Positions 1-12,640 of a DNA stretch of 64,000 nt are shown piece after piece (positions within the stretch are counted from its first letter, which is position 1; each line of letters starts with the position of its first letter). Position numbers and translations under genes: made by a program. The notes beneath the pieces are model-generated. The model searched no databases, was not told the origin of the DNA, and was given only the letters and a program-made list of their open reading frames with translations. Location of the stretch: the NCBI RefSeq assembly GCF_009914755.1, contig NC_060942.1; one strand, given 5' to 3'. The stretch is from the human T2T-CHM13v2.0 reference genome, Homo sapiens.

Positions 1-1046
1 ACCAGGAGGGGTTCGGAGGCAGGAGGTTATCAGAATTGACTTCTTGTAGGAGCTGTGTGTAAAAGACAAGCTAGGTAAAGACGAAGTAAGGAGTTGGAGG
101 CAGAAGGAGGAGGATGAAAAAAATCACAGATGCTTGAGGCTTCCAGGGACGCTAATGGCACACACACCAATGGGCATGTGGGGGTGACAAGCAGGGGATG
201 AAAGTGACAGCAAAAGTGAAAATGACAGATGCATCCAGTAGGCAGTAATAGCATCAGGGAAAAACTTGCACTTCATCCTATGGAGCTTGGTTCTTGGCCA
301 ATTTTTTTAAGATTGAGACATAAGGCCAATGACCTTTCCATGCAACATATACTTCCAGATTTTTCCAAATCCTCACCTCCACCAAAATAATTTGGGAAAA
401 TAAAGCAAAGAGCAGCAACACAGACATTTTGGGAGGGCAGGTGGGTTATATCGATAACATCTTTACATGAGCATGTGAGTAATGACATCTATTAAACATG
501 AAATCATCTGTTTCAGAAGAAAAATTATCAACACATAAAATTTTTTGAACATCTCATTCTATTTTGAAAAAAAGAATCATTCTTTTTGTTTAGGCCTCCC
601 TTACATAGATAATATTAAAAGGCAAACAACAATGTATTATTGATGAGTATACATGTTACTTATTATTATTGAAATAAAGGAAATGTACAAACTTTAACCC
701 TTTATTCGTATGACTTATCTTCTTGCACATTTTAATTTTAGTATCATTTTTCTATTTATTTGGTGGTCATAACTATTTGTCATAAGTAAGAATGTTCATA
801 GCATCATTAATACAATATAAATATTTGAGCTTTCTTCATCTATCCTTGCCCTCCTTCTTATCTAGAAATTGTCCATTAGTAAAATTACTAGACAAAATTA
901 ATAACTGGTAAAAATCATAACTCACAAGTACTACAGAAGCTCTTGAGAACCTCAGTTATTAGCTGTGTACCAGAAACCATTAGGAAATGGGATAAATAAG
1001 CAAGGCTGATGAATTTACACAGTCCCTAACACCTGCCCACCATGGC

Positions 1047-1051
<5 letters not shown>

Positions 1052-1097
<46 letters not shown>

Positions 1098-1120
1098 TCT
1101 CCGTCTCTCTCTCTCTCCCT
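1052..1120. repeat. (CT)n microsatellite, interrupted
   Basis: Direct reading. Confidence 0.97.
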
Positions 1121-4100
1121 CAACCCCCTACAAAGAAATAATACAGGAAAAAAAGGGTGAATAACATTGCTATCATGGTAAACGTGAATCCAGTCTATTT
1201 TACTGAAAAATAATTTTTAAACTGTAGTACCAGATTTATTATTAGTAACACATTACTCGTGACACCCACATATGATCAACAGTCACCAGGTTGTTGAATA
1301 CTACCGTGGAGAGGAACTACTAGAAGCCATGTGAAGCCACTGGAATGTCGAAAGCAAGAGCGAGGCATGGTCAGAGTTATAGCTTGGACCTGTCTCTCTG
1401 GAGTCAGATAGAAGATGGGATAAAGATGTTTTGGGAGAAGTCTTTAGCAAGCTGTCACAAAACTCAGGAAAGATATGATGAGGATCTGCCCAGTGTCAGG
1501 CGATGGAAAACAGCCTCATTCTGGCTGAGCCCTTCCACGGCGAGGCTCTATGAGTGTCTACACTTGACAGTCGAGTTCCTTGAAAGAGGCAAGCAAGACG
1601 AGCTGACCAAGATAATTCTCTGCTTTTCATGTCCCTCTGCTTTTGAGAAAGGCCATATTACCCTGACTAATAAAGCAGGAATTACCTATTAGAGAAGGAC
1701 TCACAATTAGATTTTGAAGCCCCAACACTCAATAACAAGAGCTGAAAATCTAAATAAAATTTGCAGGTACAAGGGTTTGTCTGGATTTAGAAAAAAGTTA
1801 GATTCTACACAGTTTGACTTTTACTCCTAGGTTACCATCCGTTCCATTAAAATATGTTTATACCATCAGGTGCAAAGTTCTTCACTTATCTAGAGACAGA
1901 AATATCATATATTTCTTTAATATAATCCCCCCTGTTCCCCAACCTTGCCACCACGGAACTGTCAGTTTTGACTCATGAAAGAACTTTACGTAACTGCCAG
2001 ATAAAAGACAAATTCAGATGTGCATGGCAAAACATTATCTGGGATGCACCAAAATTCTACCTTTGAAGGGCCAGGAAGAGTCCAAAAGTATGTTAAACTG
2101 GCTAAAAGGAAATGTGTCTGGTGAAAATATTTCAATGGATATGACTCCAGAATCAGACTCCTGGATGAAAAACAGACCCCTTCTTCTACTGCTCAGTGGC
2201 CTCTGGCAGGTTTAGCTGTGCTGCAGTCTGTTCATCCACAATATTAGACAATGAAAAAGGTTCCTGTATCATCAGGTTGTAGGAAAATTAGATGAGACTC
2301 CTGGAAAGTCCATAATTGAGTGCCTGGTGGAGACAAAGCAATCGGGATGGTGGTGGAAGGAAGGTGGTGATGATGCTGCGACTCTGTGCACCCCAGAAAG
2401 TAAGCCATGACAGTGTGACGGGCACACCAGATGTGTTGTTGTTGTTGTTAAGAAAGCAATCCCTTACTGACCAAACCAGTAGGCATTATACCATACAGCT
2501 AGCAACGTATACATGCAAAAAAACAAATAAGAAAACCAAACAATCCCCAAATGAGAAGACCCCTCAACAGAAAGAGTCCGGAAAAAGAGAGGGAGAGGCA
2601 CATGAGCACGCACATCATACACTGCAACAGAGTTGGGGAGGAGAAAATAATTGAGTAAAACCCTGTTGTTCTTGCACTTCGCTATTTTTAGGATGAGAGA
2701 TTTCTGAGGATTTCCTGATCATCTCACAAATAAAGTGTTATCTTCAGAAGGCTTTCAAGGTCCCAGACAGATGGAAAATTCACAAGACCTGGCTCATAAT
2801 CAATTTAAAGGGGGTAGGCTCTGGCTACCAATTATTACTGGAAGAGAAAATTAGATTATTTTTCAGGGTAAATATCCAGGTACTTATTGTTTCCTAAGAG
2901 GAGAGGGGAGATGAGAAGACCCAAAAGTGCACACAGAAGAAAACACACCATGTGAATCCCAAAGGGAGATTTTTAGACGTGGAACTAAAGAATCATAACA
3001 TAACTCAATAAGCAAAACAGCTGATTAGGTGATAATTGTGTCGAATCAACAGCTCACGGCTCAACAGATTAAACTCAAATGACACATATTCCTAAGGATA
3101 TTTATGGGAAACTAAATCATCTAAGATAAAGATTCCCAAATTACTTACACCAGAATAGAAAATCTTACAAACACCAATGCCAAATTTCATGCTAACATTC
3201 AATACATTTTTAGAAATTTCAGAAATAACAGATTGCAACAACAAATGTGTTTGCTCCAAGCAAGTGAAATCCTGCTACCTCCACCAGCTAAGACAGTGAC
3301 ATGGCAGTTTCAAATTTATTGAGAGAGAGGCTCAGGATGAAACTGTAACTGATAATCAAGACAATAATTTTCCTATGGAGGTATGCCTCAACTTATTTCT
3401 TTTTTTAAATCAGCCATGCTAAACCCTTTAAGAAAAGTATAGAAGATAATCCTAGACCAGCCTCTTTATAATATCATACCAATCAAACGCTTTACCTAGA
3501 CTCTTTCTTACCACATCCTTGAGAACTAGAAAAATATGTATTGAAAAACATTTTTTTGTATTCAAAATCTTCCTGCTGTCTATTCTGCATTCTATAGCAA
3601 GAAATCTACCAGCAGACCACAACCCTCCTTCCCAGGCCTGGCCCTGCATGCAAAACCACGGAGGGTCCAGTACATCATTATTGCTCAGCTTTGGAAGAAC
3701 AAAGTTAGAATTTAATATTTAACAGTTTTGCTATTTTGAGTTTTGACATCACCTACTAAGGACTAATTGAGCAGGGAAGTCATGTCAAGATGCATGACTC
3801 ATTTTATATCAACACATCAACAACGTACAATTTCCAATGGACTTATATTAGAAACAATTTCAGTATCACAAAAATACATACATGTGCATCTGCCACAAAT
3901 GGTAAATATGAAGATAAGAGGTGTGTGATTTATAGAAACAACTGAACAAGAGTCTTAGAAAACACAGTGTCAAGACGTGGGATATCTTCAAGTTGCTTTG
4001 TCATAAAGAAGCATTATTAAATGTGGTATAAACCCAAAAAAAAAACAACAGCTAAAGTCTAAATAGCAACTTTTGCCATTGAATATGATTCATCTTCGTT

Positions 4101-4310
4101 TCATTTGAGTTTGGGTGCTGCTGAAAGGACACCTCAGGAGCTTTCCCTCTCTGATGCAGGAGGACTGAGTCTAACTGGAGGTGCCTGGGCAGTGTGCTCA
4201 CAGGCACTGGGATGCTGAAGATAGTTTCCCATCAAACGATTCATCTGACAGTTTTCTTCTTCCCCAAACAAAGAGAAGTCAACAGCTTAAACACAGATTT
4301 CAGGACTCAC

Positions 4311-4546
4311 CCACATTATCCACGTCCCAACAAGCAAAGGTAACGTATTTCCAGATGATTGGCAGGTCCATATTCCATGTTCCAAGTGAGACAAGAAGGG
4401 TGAGCAAAAAAGAGAGAGAAAAAAATACTTTAGACATTGTTCAACAACTGATGCTACCTTATCCCATTCTGAGCACGAGAATGACACTTCCCTCCTTTCT
4501 AGAAGCCACCCCACTGCCAATACAGTGGGAGTTAAGGAGAAAGTTT
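4311..4546 (-). other. Candidate exon (236 nt)
   Basis: Strong acceptor ccctgtttttctacAG|A and strong donor TGG|GTGAGT on minus strand. Confidence 0.35.
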
Positions 4547-5314
4547 CTGTAGAAAAACAGGGTAGATAATTCATGAGACATCCAAAGTGATCTCTCATGA
4601 ACATTTTCATTAACAGATGCAAATAAGAGATATACACCCAAACCACATTTGAATATGCAATAGATGTTTCCAGAAAGATAACAGGAAAGATTTGTATAAA
4701 CATACAGGATCATAAAAATAAAACAAGTCTGGACTAGAATGGGGATGGGGGGACTTCTGCAAGGTATAGACTTAGGCTGACTCAAAATAATAATCAGAAA
4801 ATCTAGTATAAAGTGATTTACACATTCCAACAAGCATTTGACTAAAACAATTCTAATTACACACTCACAAATATAAATTATAACCCAGTTTAGTTGTGCT
4901 ACCAGTCAGAACCACAGAATAGAATTTGCATTCTTCAAAGAAGATACCAAAAAGAAATAAGTTATTATTATCTTTTTATAGAGGCCCAGGAAAAATAATT
5001 AACATGTCATTAAATTTCTAGGATGCATTGTTTTTTAATCTTACAAGCCATGATAATTGCTCTATCAGGGAAGAAATTTTGCAGCATAAAATCACATAGA
5101 ACATATTGTCAAGTAGATGGAACTCCCAAACTGAGCTTTCATGTAAAATAGCTCATCTGTCATAAGCTTTCCACATGAGCAGTCACCTTGGAAAACCAGG
5201 CTTTGTCAAGGTCATGCTGGAGGAATTCTGTGATCCTCAGGTCCACTCAGGCCTCCTGGGCCTCTTTCTTACAGATGTACACTACTAATCAGTTCCATCA
5301 AATGCTACTGTCAA

Positions 5315-6268
5315 CTCAAAATAACTGAAAGCAGGGTCTCAAAGAAATATTTGCATGCACATGTACACAGTAGAATTATTTGTAATAGTCAAAAGGCAGA
5401 AACTACACGTGTCCATTGATGGATGAATGGACAAACAAAATGTGGTATGTACGTACAATGGAGTATTACTCAGCCTTCAAAAGGAAGGACATACTGACAC
5501 ATGCCACAGAATGGATGAAGCTTGAAGACACTATGCTAAGTGAAACAAGTCAGACACTTACATGAGGTATACAGAGTAGTAAAATTCATACAGACAGAAA
5601 GTGGAATGGTGGTTGCCAGAGGCTGTGGGAAAGGAAAATGGAGAGCTGTTGGTTAATGTGTAGAGTTTCAGTTTCGCAAGATGAAGTGAGTTCTGGAGAT
5701 TAGTTGTAAAACAACATACACTAATGAGGCCGAGACTATTTATTTTGAACTTTTATGACATGCATACCAAGAAAAGCTTCATTAGAGAGTAGCACAATAA
5801 ATAAAATTTGGCCAGGTGCAGTGGCTCACGCCTGTAATCCCAACATTTTAGGAGGCTGAGGTGGGAGGATCACATGAGCCCAGGAGTTTGAGACCAGCCT
5901 GAGCAACATAGTGAGACACTGTCTCTACAAAAAATTTTTAAAAATTAGCCAGGCATGGTGGTGTGCACCTGTAGTACACCTGTACTTTAGTAGAGACAGG
6001 GTACTTCTTATACTCGGGAAGCTGATGTGTGAGGATCACTTGAGCCCAGGATTTTGAGGCTGCAGTGAGCCATGATCACACCACTGTACTCCTGCCTGGG
6101 TGACAAAGAAAAAGCCTGTATCTAAAACAAATAAATAAATTGTTAAGTTCTCAATCCATAAAAATATATACACATGTAATTCTACCGAACTGTACACTTA
6201 AAATAGTTAAGATGGTAAATTTTATGACACTTGTATTTTGCCACAATTAGGGCAAAAAAAAAAAAAAC
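5315..6268 (+). mobile_element. L1M (MA/MB-like) 3' end, interrupted by an Alu
   Basis: gatgaatggacaaacaaaatgtggtat...cagacagaaagtggaatggtggttgccagaggc...gaactgtacacttaaaatagttaagatggtaaattttatg plus A tail. Confidence 0.85.
5810..6140 (+). mobile_element. AluJ with internal rearrangement
   Basis: ggccaggtgcagtggctcacgcctgtaatccc; J-type aggatcacttgagcccagga and gaggctgcagtgagccatgatc. Confidence 0.95.
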
Positions 6269-6503
6269 CACTACTATCAGAATGGTTTTGGAACTATTTG
6301 GCCACCCTGTGTAGACCCAATCTTGAAAGGAAAGCATGAATGGAAGTCAACAGTTGGTGTAAAGTGTTAAAAGACTGCAATTTGTAATAGAATAAAAAGC
6401 TGCCTAGCATTAATTCAAGAAATTTTGTCTTATTCTCAGCAGATAGTAGGATGAGAGTAGTTGCCTAAAAGACACTGGAAGAAATCATGACAGAAATGCC
6501 TAC

Positions 6504-6592
6504 CAAGACCAGAGATGGGCGGGGATGTCCCCACTCATTCCACAGCCTCAGGGGATCTGTCCTTGCCTGTGGCATCCCGTTCTATGCGAATC
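6504..6592 (-). other. Candidate cassette exon (89 nt)
   Basis: Acceptor gcttttccAG|G, donor TTG|GTAGGC; locally GC/CpG-richer than flanks. Confidence 0.3.
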
Positions 6593-6905
6593 CTGGAAAA
6601 GCGTCCATGCCAGGTGTTCTTGATGTCCTTTGAATATTTTAAAAGTTTAACAACTTGAGCTTCAGATAGCATTTTGTTTCTTAACCTACTCTCCTTAGTC
6701 CTGATAATGAATGGTGAATGTTCATCTCACTGCAGATATGCAGACTGTATTTGTATTGGCCGAAGAGAACCCAGGAAGAGCACAGTTAATCCTCTCTTGT
6801 AATTAACTATTTTTACTTGCTAAAGATGCAGAAAAAAAGGAATATATTGGTGCATAAATGAGTTACTGTCATGGAGGTAAGCATAAATATCTGTTTTCAA
6901 ACACA

Positions 6906-7202
6906 TTTTTGTTTTGTTTTTTGAGACGGAGTCTCATTCTGTTGCCCAGACTAGAGTGCAGTGGCACAATCTTGGCTCACTGTAATCTCCGCCTCCAGGG
7001 TTCAAGCAATTCTCATGCCTCAGTCTCCTGAGTAGCTGGGACTACAGGTGTGCACCACCACATCCAGCTAATTTTTGTATTTTTAGTAGAGACGAGGTTT
7101 CACCATGTTGGCCAGGCTGGTCTCAAACTCATGACCTCAGGTGATTATCCGCCTCAGCCTCCCAAAGTGCTAGGATTACAGGCATGAGCCACTGTGCCCA
7201 GC
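6906..7202 (-). mobile_element. AluS (Sx/Sz-like)
   Basis: Full antisense Alu; degenerate TSD tgttt(t/c)caaaca. Confidence 0.95.
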
Positions 7203-7714
7203 ATGTTTCCAAACAACTTCTGCCTGTACATTTCATCACTAGTCCCTGGCATCCATGGGTCTCTTTTATGGTGAGTTGATCTTTGAGTGAGAGGACACAC
7301 TTGCAGAGAGGAGGGACTTAGGGAGTATGAGGTAGGAGTTCAGTCATCTCTTAAGGAAGTGAGTGACCTTGACCAAGCCACTAGACATTTGTTTTCTTGA
7401 GGGAAGAAATAATAAATGTCCTGGCTTTTTTATAGAGTTACAGTAACAAAAATGATGCCCATAAAAGACCTTTGAGAAACACAAAGCCGTGTCAATTCAG
7501 AGTGAACTTTCGAACATCTCCAACTGTTGCCTGCCTCTTGGCAGTAATGCTCAGTTCCTTCTCAGGAGACGAGGAATGTCCAAATGCGACAAGGTATGCT
7601 ATAGTCTCAACCTAAATTCCTAGCCCTATTTCCCGTTATCCCCATCAGTCACCCTATTGACCCCTCCAACCAAACAAAGGCCCATGGGTTTAGGGTAGAT
7701 GATTCTTGAAGTAG

Positions 7715-8200
7715 GAGCCAGGGACTGGGAAGTCCCTAAGATCCTTTCAGGGACCCGTGAGGTCAAAGCCACTTTCCTGGTTATACTGAGACCTTATTTG
7801 CCTTTTCACTTTCATTCTCCCATAAGCTTAGAGTAGAAATTTCTACAAGCTACATGATGTGTGATATCTCACCCTCAGTTTCTAATGCAGGAGTAGACAT
7901 GAGAATCCATTCTCTTCTGCTAAGCTAGGCATTAAATAAATTTGCAATGACAGCCTTTACCCGAAGCTATTTTTGTTTTGGGAAACACAGTTAACCTTCA
8001 TAAAAATATTTATGTTAACATGAAATGGATTTATTATTGTTATTTTTAAGTGAATTAAAAATAAATATCAAAAACGTTCTCAGTTGTAATTTCTGAGGCA
8101 GTAAATATCAATAGATAACATGTATAAAAAGTTCTTTGCAGTTTTCAGTTATCTTTGAGGATGTATAGAGGTCCTGAGACCAAAACAGTTGAGAACTAAT
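7715..8200 (+). mobile_element. Charlie1-family hAT DNA transposon remnant
   Basis: cctttcagggacccgtgaggtcaaa... and terminus gtcctgagaccaaaacagttgagaac resemble Charlie1 ends. Confidence 0.65.
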
Positions 8201-9531
8201 AATCTAGAACACACAGCAGAAGGGCAAATGATACAAGATGAGGCTGCAGAAATGGATGGGAGCAAACCATGTGGCCAAGGGAAGAATTCTGGTCTTTACC
8301 CAAGAGCAATGTTGGAATAGTCCACAGGTGTAGGAGGCTAGAATTATAGTCCCTTTCTCTGTATGCAATAGTTGTACAGAATTATTAATTGTTCACCTTA
8401 CTTTTCCACCACTTTGATCCATAAATCTTCATCACCTTATAATGAATCTCAGAATTATTTTCAAAATGAATAACTTCCCTTACATGATCAGATGCATATC
8501 TGAATTGTACTTGCCTTTAAAACCCAAGTTTCTGCTTGATTCATGGAAAATGTTTATAGATGAGCTTCTTTTGTCTCCCAATACCTCCTACATTCAAGTA
8601 GAATCAGAATTAGTGTCTCATTCCTGCTCTGGAGTCTCTCCGCAAAGCAGGAGGAAATGGAGCCATGCTCATGGCCACTTCTACAAGAGATGGGTTTTTC
8701 TAACCTCATGAAGGCCTTCTCTGCTGCTTTAGAAATCCTCTTTGTGCTCCCTCATTGGCTCTTTTGTACCTCTGCCCTCTGAAGTTGTTGCAAACTTTAT
8801 CCATTCTCAAACCCCTTCTGTACTCCCCTGATTCTTAGGAAAAAACCCCACTTCCAGCTTCACTGAGAAACCAGAGGCAGGAAACTCTGGAGTTAACATT
8901 AATGCGCTATGATTACGAAATGTGTGAGTTGTAACTTTAGTGTCAGCAAGATAAAAATAATTATTTTAATATGCAGTTTCCAGGAATAAATAGTAACTAA
9001 AAGCATGATTATGATTTTAATAAAAAGAAAATAATTATACATTAGTAAAATCAGTGAGAAAAGACAAATCTGTAGCTATGTCAGGGTCAGGTTATGTGTA
9101 TGAAGAGAGTATGAACATGGCCAGGGGACAAGGCTAGTTACTGCAAAAATTTTATTTAAGTACATTCTCCAGAGACACCTGCTAGAACATAGCTAACTGA
9201 GTGGACAGTCTGTACCCTAAAGGAAGCAACCAATAAGGTGTTAGAACCTCCCATCAAGACTAAGATGGTTAAACATCAAGAGAAAAGAACTGAGCTTTAA
9301 AAATGCTAAAGATATCAGAGAAAAAAAAAGCACAAAATTGAAATTCTCAGTGTATCTAATTCAGACTTTTTTTTTAAACTGCTTCTTATATTTTCCTTTT
9401 TCTTCTCCTTTTTTTTGAGAAGCATGGAGCAAGGAGAGAAACTGTGATTTCACAGAGGTAGTCTGTCTTTTATGAATCGACTTTGGCTTGGGTGAGTGAC
9501 TCACCCTCTGTGAACCTTGGTTTTATCTCTT

Positions 9532-9738
9532 TATTTTAATTTTTAATTTTTGTGGGTACATAGAAGATGTACACATTTACTGGGTATATGAGATGTTTTG
9601 ATACATGGGGGAGGTGGGGATGGCTAATGGGTACAAAAAAACTACTTAGAATGAGTAAGACCTACTATTTGAGAACACTAGAAGGTGACTATACAAAAAT
9701 AACATCACCGTACATTCGAAAATAAAGAGTGTGATTGT
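9532..9738 (-). mobile_element. Short 5'-inverted (twin-primed) L1MA/L1PB insertion inside a MIR
   Basis: Antisense L1 3' end to ~9605, then a sense-oriented upstream L1 piece; TSD ttttatctctt at 9521-9531 and 9739-9749. Confidence 0.8.
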
Positions 9739-10734
9739 TTTTATCTCTTAACATTAGATACTCCAGAAGTTGTGGGAAAGGCCAGAAATGAAGATATTTC
9801 CAGCCCTCAGGGCAGAATATTGGCACATAGTAGGCCCTCAGTAAATGGTAGTTCTTTTTCTCTGTCTCTTCTTTTTCTTCTGTCACAATAAGTCACCCAA
9901 AAGCTGTTTTCCTTTTAGGTAACTGTGATCTATATGCATACAAAAAGAAAATTTTTAACACAGAGAGAGAAACAGAAAGAGAGCATGGCTTCTTAGTACT
10001 CCTTTTTTCTTGAAGGACAACCCCTATCTGTATCATGAAATCCCACCTTTCACAGGCCTGAAATCCCCTCCAACTGGGAAGTCCTAGTTCTGTGCCCTCA
10101 GGTTCTCCTCCAGAACCTCAACCCTTCCTTCTGGGGGTCTTCCAGAAGGAAGGTCTTCTGTTCTCTTCTGGTTTCCCTGGATTTCTCCAGGTGCTACTCC
10201 TTTCATTCTCAGCAATCTCCCTTGGTAATCTCATGGGTTTTGCAGGAGGATTATAGTTGCCTTCCACAAAAATATAGAACAATGACAGCACCACCCTTCC
10301 CTCACCTCTCCCAAATTCAGCTGTTACCCCGGCTCCTGCACAGCCCGCCCGTGAATCACTCCAACTGTTCTACATCTCAAGCCCACTACGTGTATGCCTG
10401 CTGCACTCTTTCTCCATTTTCCAGCACTCAACATTGCCTGACCCCCACAACCCTACTTTTCCTTCAAGTCCAGGGTGAACTCAGCCTCCCTTGTGAATCC
10501 TTCCCAGTCTCCCAGTCAAAATCAACTGCTTCCTCTTTGATGATTCCCCAGAACTGGAGCGATCACTAAAAAAATGCACCTAAAGTGTTTTTATGATGCA
10601 ATACAAGTGTTTTTATTATGCAATATTATATATATTATATCCATATGCATACATATTATATAAATAATATTGCATAATAAACTCCTTAGGTTTTTATTTT
10701 TTCAAAATTCCAAACAACTGCTTAAAATACATAT

Positions 10735-11330
10735 ACATATGTAAGAGATGAAGCATAATAACAAAATGAACACCTGTGAACTCTCACTTAACAATGAGAA
10801 CGTCACCAATGTGGTTGCCTCTACTCTGCAGTCCTCCTGCCTTCCTACACATTTTTCTAAACAATATTGTTATGTTTTTCAGTTTCTTAGCCTTATAAAA
10901 ATGCTATTATATCATGTAATCTTCTGCAATGTAAAAAAATCAACAATATTAAAGATTCATCATGTGGTTGGTTGATAGCTATGGTTCATTTTTGTGGTTG
11001 TATGGTATCTCATTTAGTGAACATGCCATACTTCAGTTATCTTCTCTTGTCCATAGACATTTGTGTTGTTTCCAATTTCTTGCTATTATGGAGAATTTTG
11101 AAACATTTCTTGTGTATACGTGCAAGAGTTTATCTATAATATATAATGAAATGCAAAACTCCTGTGTTGGACAGTATGCATATCTTTAAAAGATAATGCC
11201 TAACTGTTTTTCAATATTATTGTATCAATTTACCTTCTTCCCTCCAGTGATGTATAAGATTTGGTATTTTCATAAAATTCTCTTTCACCATTCATCATTA
11301 TCACACTTTATATTGTTTTTATATACTGGC
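10735..11330 (-). mobile_element. Old L1ME-like 3' fragment
   Basis: aagattcatcatgtggttg...gacatttgtgttgtttccaatttcttgctattatg, typical antisense L1M. Confidence 0.7.
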
Positions 11331-11459
11331 CTCCCTATAAAATGATAGCACCATATTTTATTCACATTTAAATTCTCATAGTGTAACAGTACCTTGCTTA
11401 TAAAAGATGATAAATGAATATCAAACTGAAGAAAATACAACAACCTGTATTTGATTTGA

Positions 11460-11781
<322 letters not shown>

Positions 11782-12640
11782 CAAGTCATTCTATTTTTTA
11801 AACGCAAATAACAAGGAAGGATTATAGGGTCAGCAATCCTTTCTGCAAATATAATTAATTCAATCACACTAATTTCCTATCTATTACTTGATCAGAAGAA
11901 CAAAAAAATGTAGTTTTATTTGAGAAAGAGAATGTAATAAATTTGGAGCAAGGAGTATATTTTGGAAAGTAAGAAAGCCTAACTATGAGCAAAACAGTTT
12001 GACTTAGGATAGTATGTCCAAAGAAATGGGCACTAGAAGACAGATGAGGGATTCAAGAAGGAAGTTGCAAAGCACTATATACTCATCCAAAATTTTTCAC
12101 AGTAGGCTATCCATCTAGGGAGGTACCATTTGGCTTCCTGTTCCAAGGTCCCATAAGTAATATTAATACTGCAGTTCCAAAATCTGTTCATAACATAGGT
12201 TTAATATAGTTGTCTGGACTAGCCTGGAAACCTAAACACAATTTTTAATCTCTTCTCTCCGGGCAAATAATTCAAAATTCCAAACAACTACTTACAAATA
12301 CACTTTTCAAAAAATGACTCAGCTGTAAAATGGGGAAGGCCTATATTCAGAAAGTAGGTCTCTGCCTTTTATCACTCTAGTCTTTTCACCCTAAGGCTAA
12401 AAAAGCCAGAGACTGAAGAAAAGAAGCATTCCTATGCTCTTAGAAACAAAATCTACAACATTCATAAACTACTCTTTGATCATTGCTTGTCTTCTGCTTT
12501 GAAAAATATTCAGAAAGAGAGTGCCAATACCTCCCAAAATATGAGATAAACATGCATTCCTTATGCGGGAAATGTAAAAAAGTTAATGTAAGACCATGGA
12601 CTAAAGAAGGAGAATAGCTTAGCGACATTGCTCAACCTAC

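Noticed and set aside
1036-1046. Strong Kozak context CCCACCATGG on the plus strand
   Set aside because: Reads straight into a (CT)n repeat, with no promoter or exon support on that strand
2245-2409. 54-codon minus-strand ORF MAYFLGCTESQHHHH...
   Set aside because: No recognisable homology; the His run reflects the CAY-rich tract
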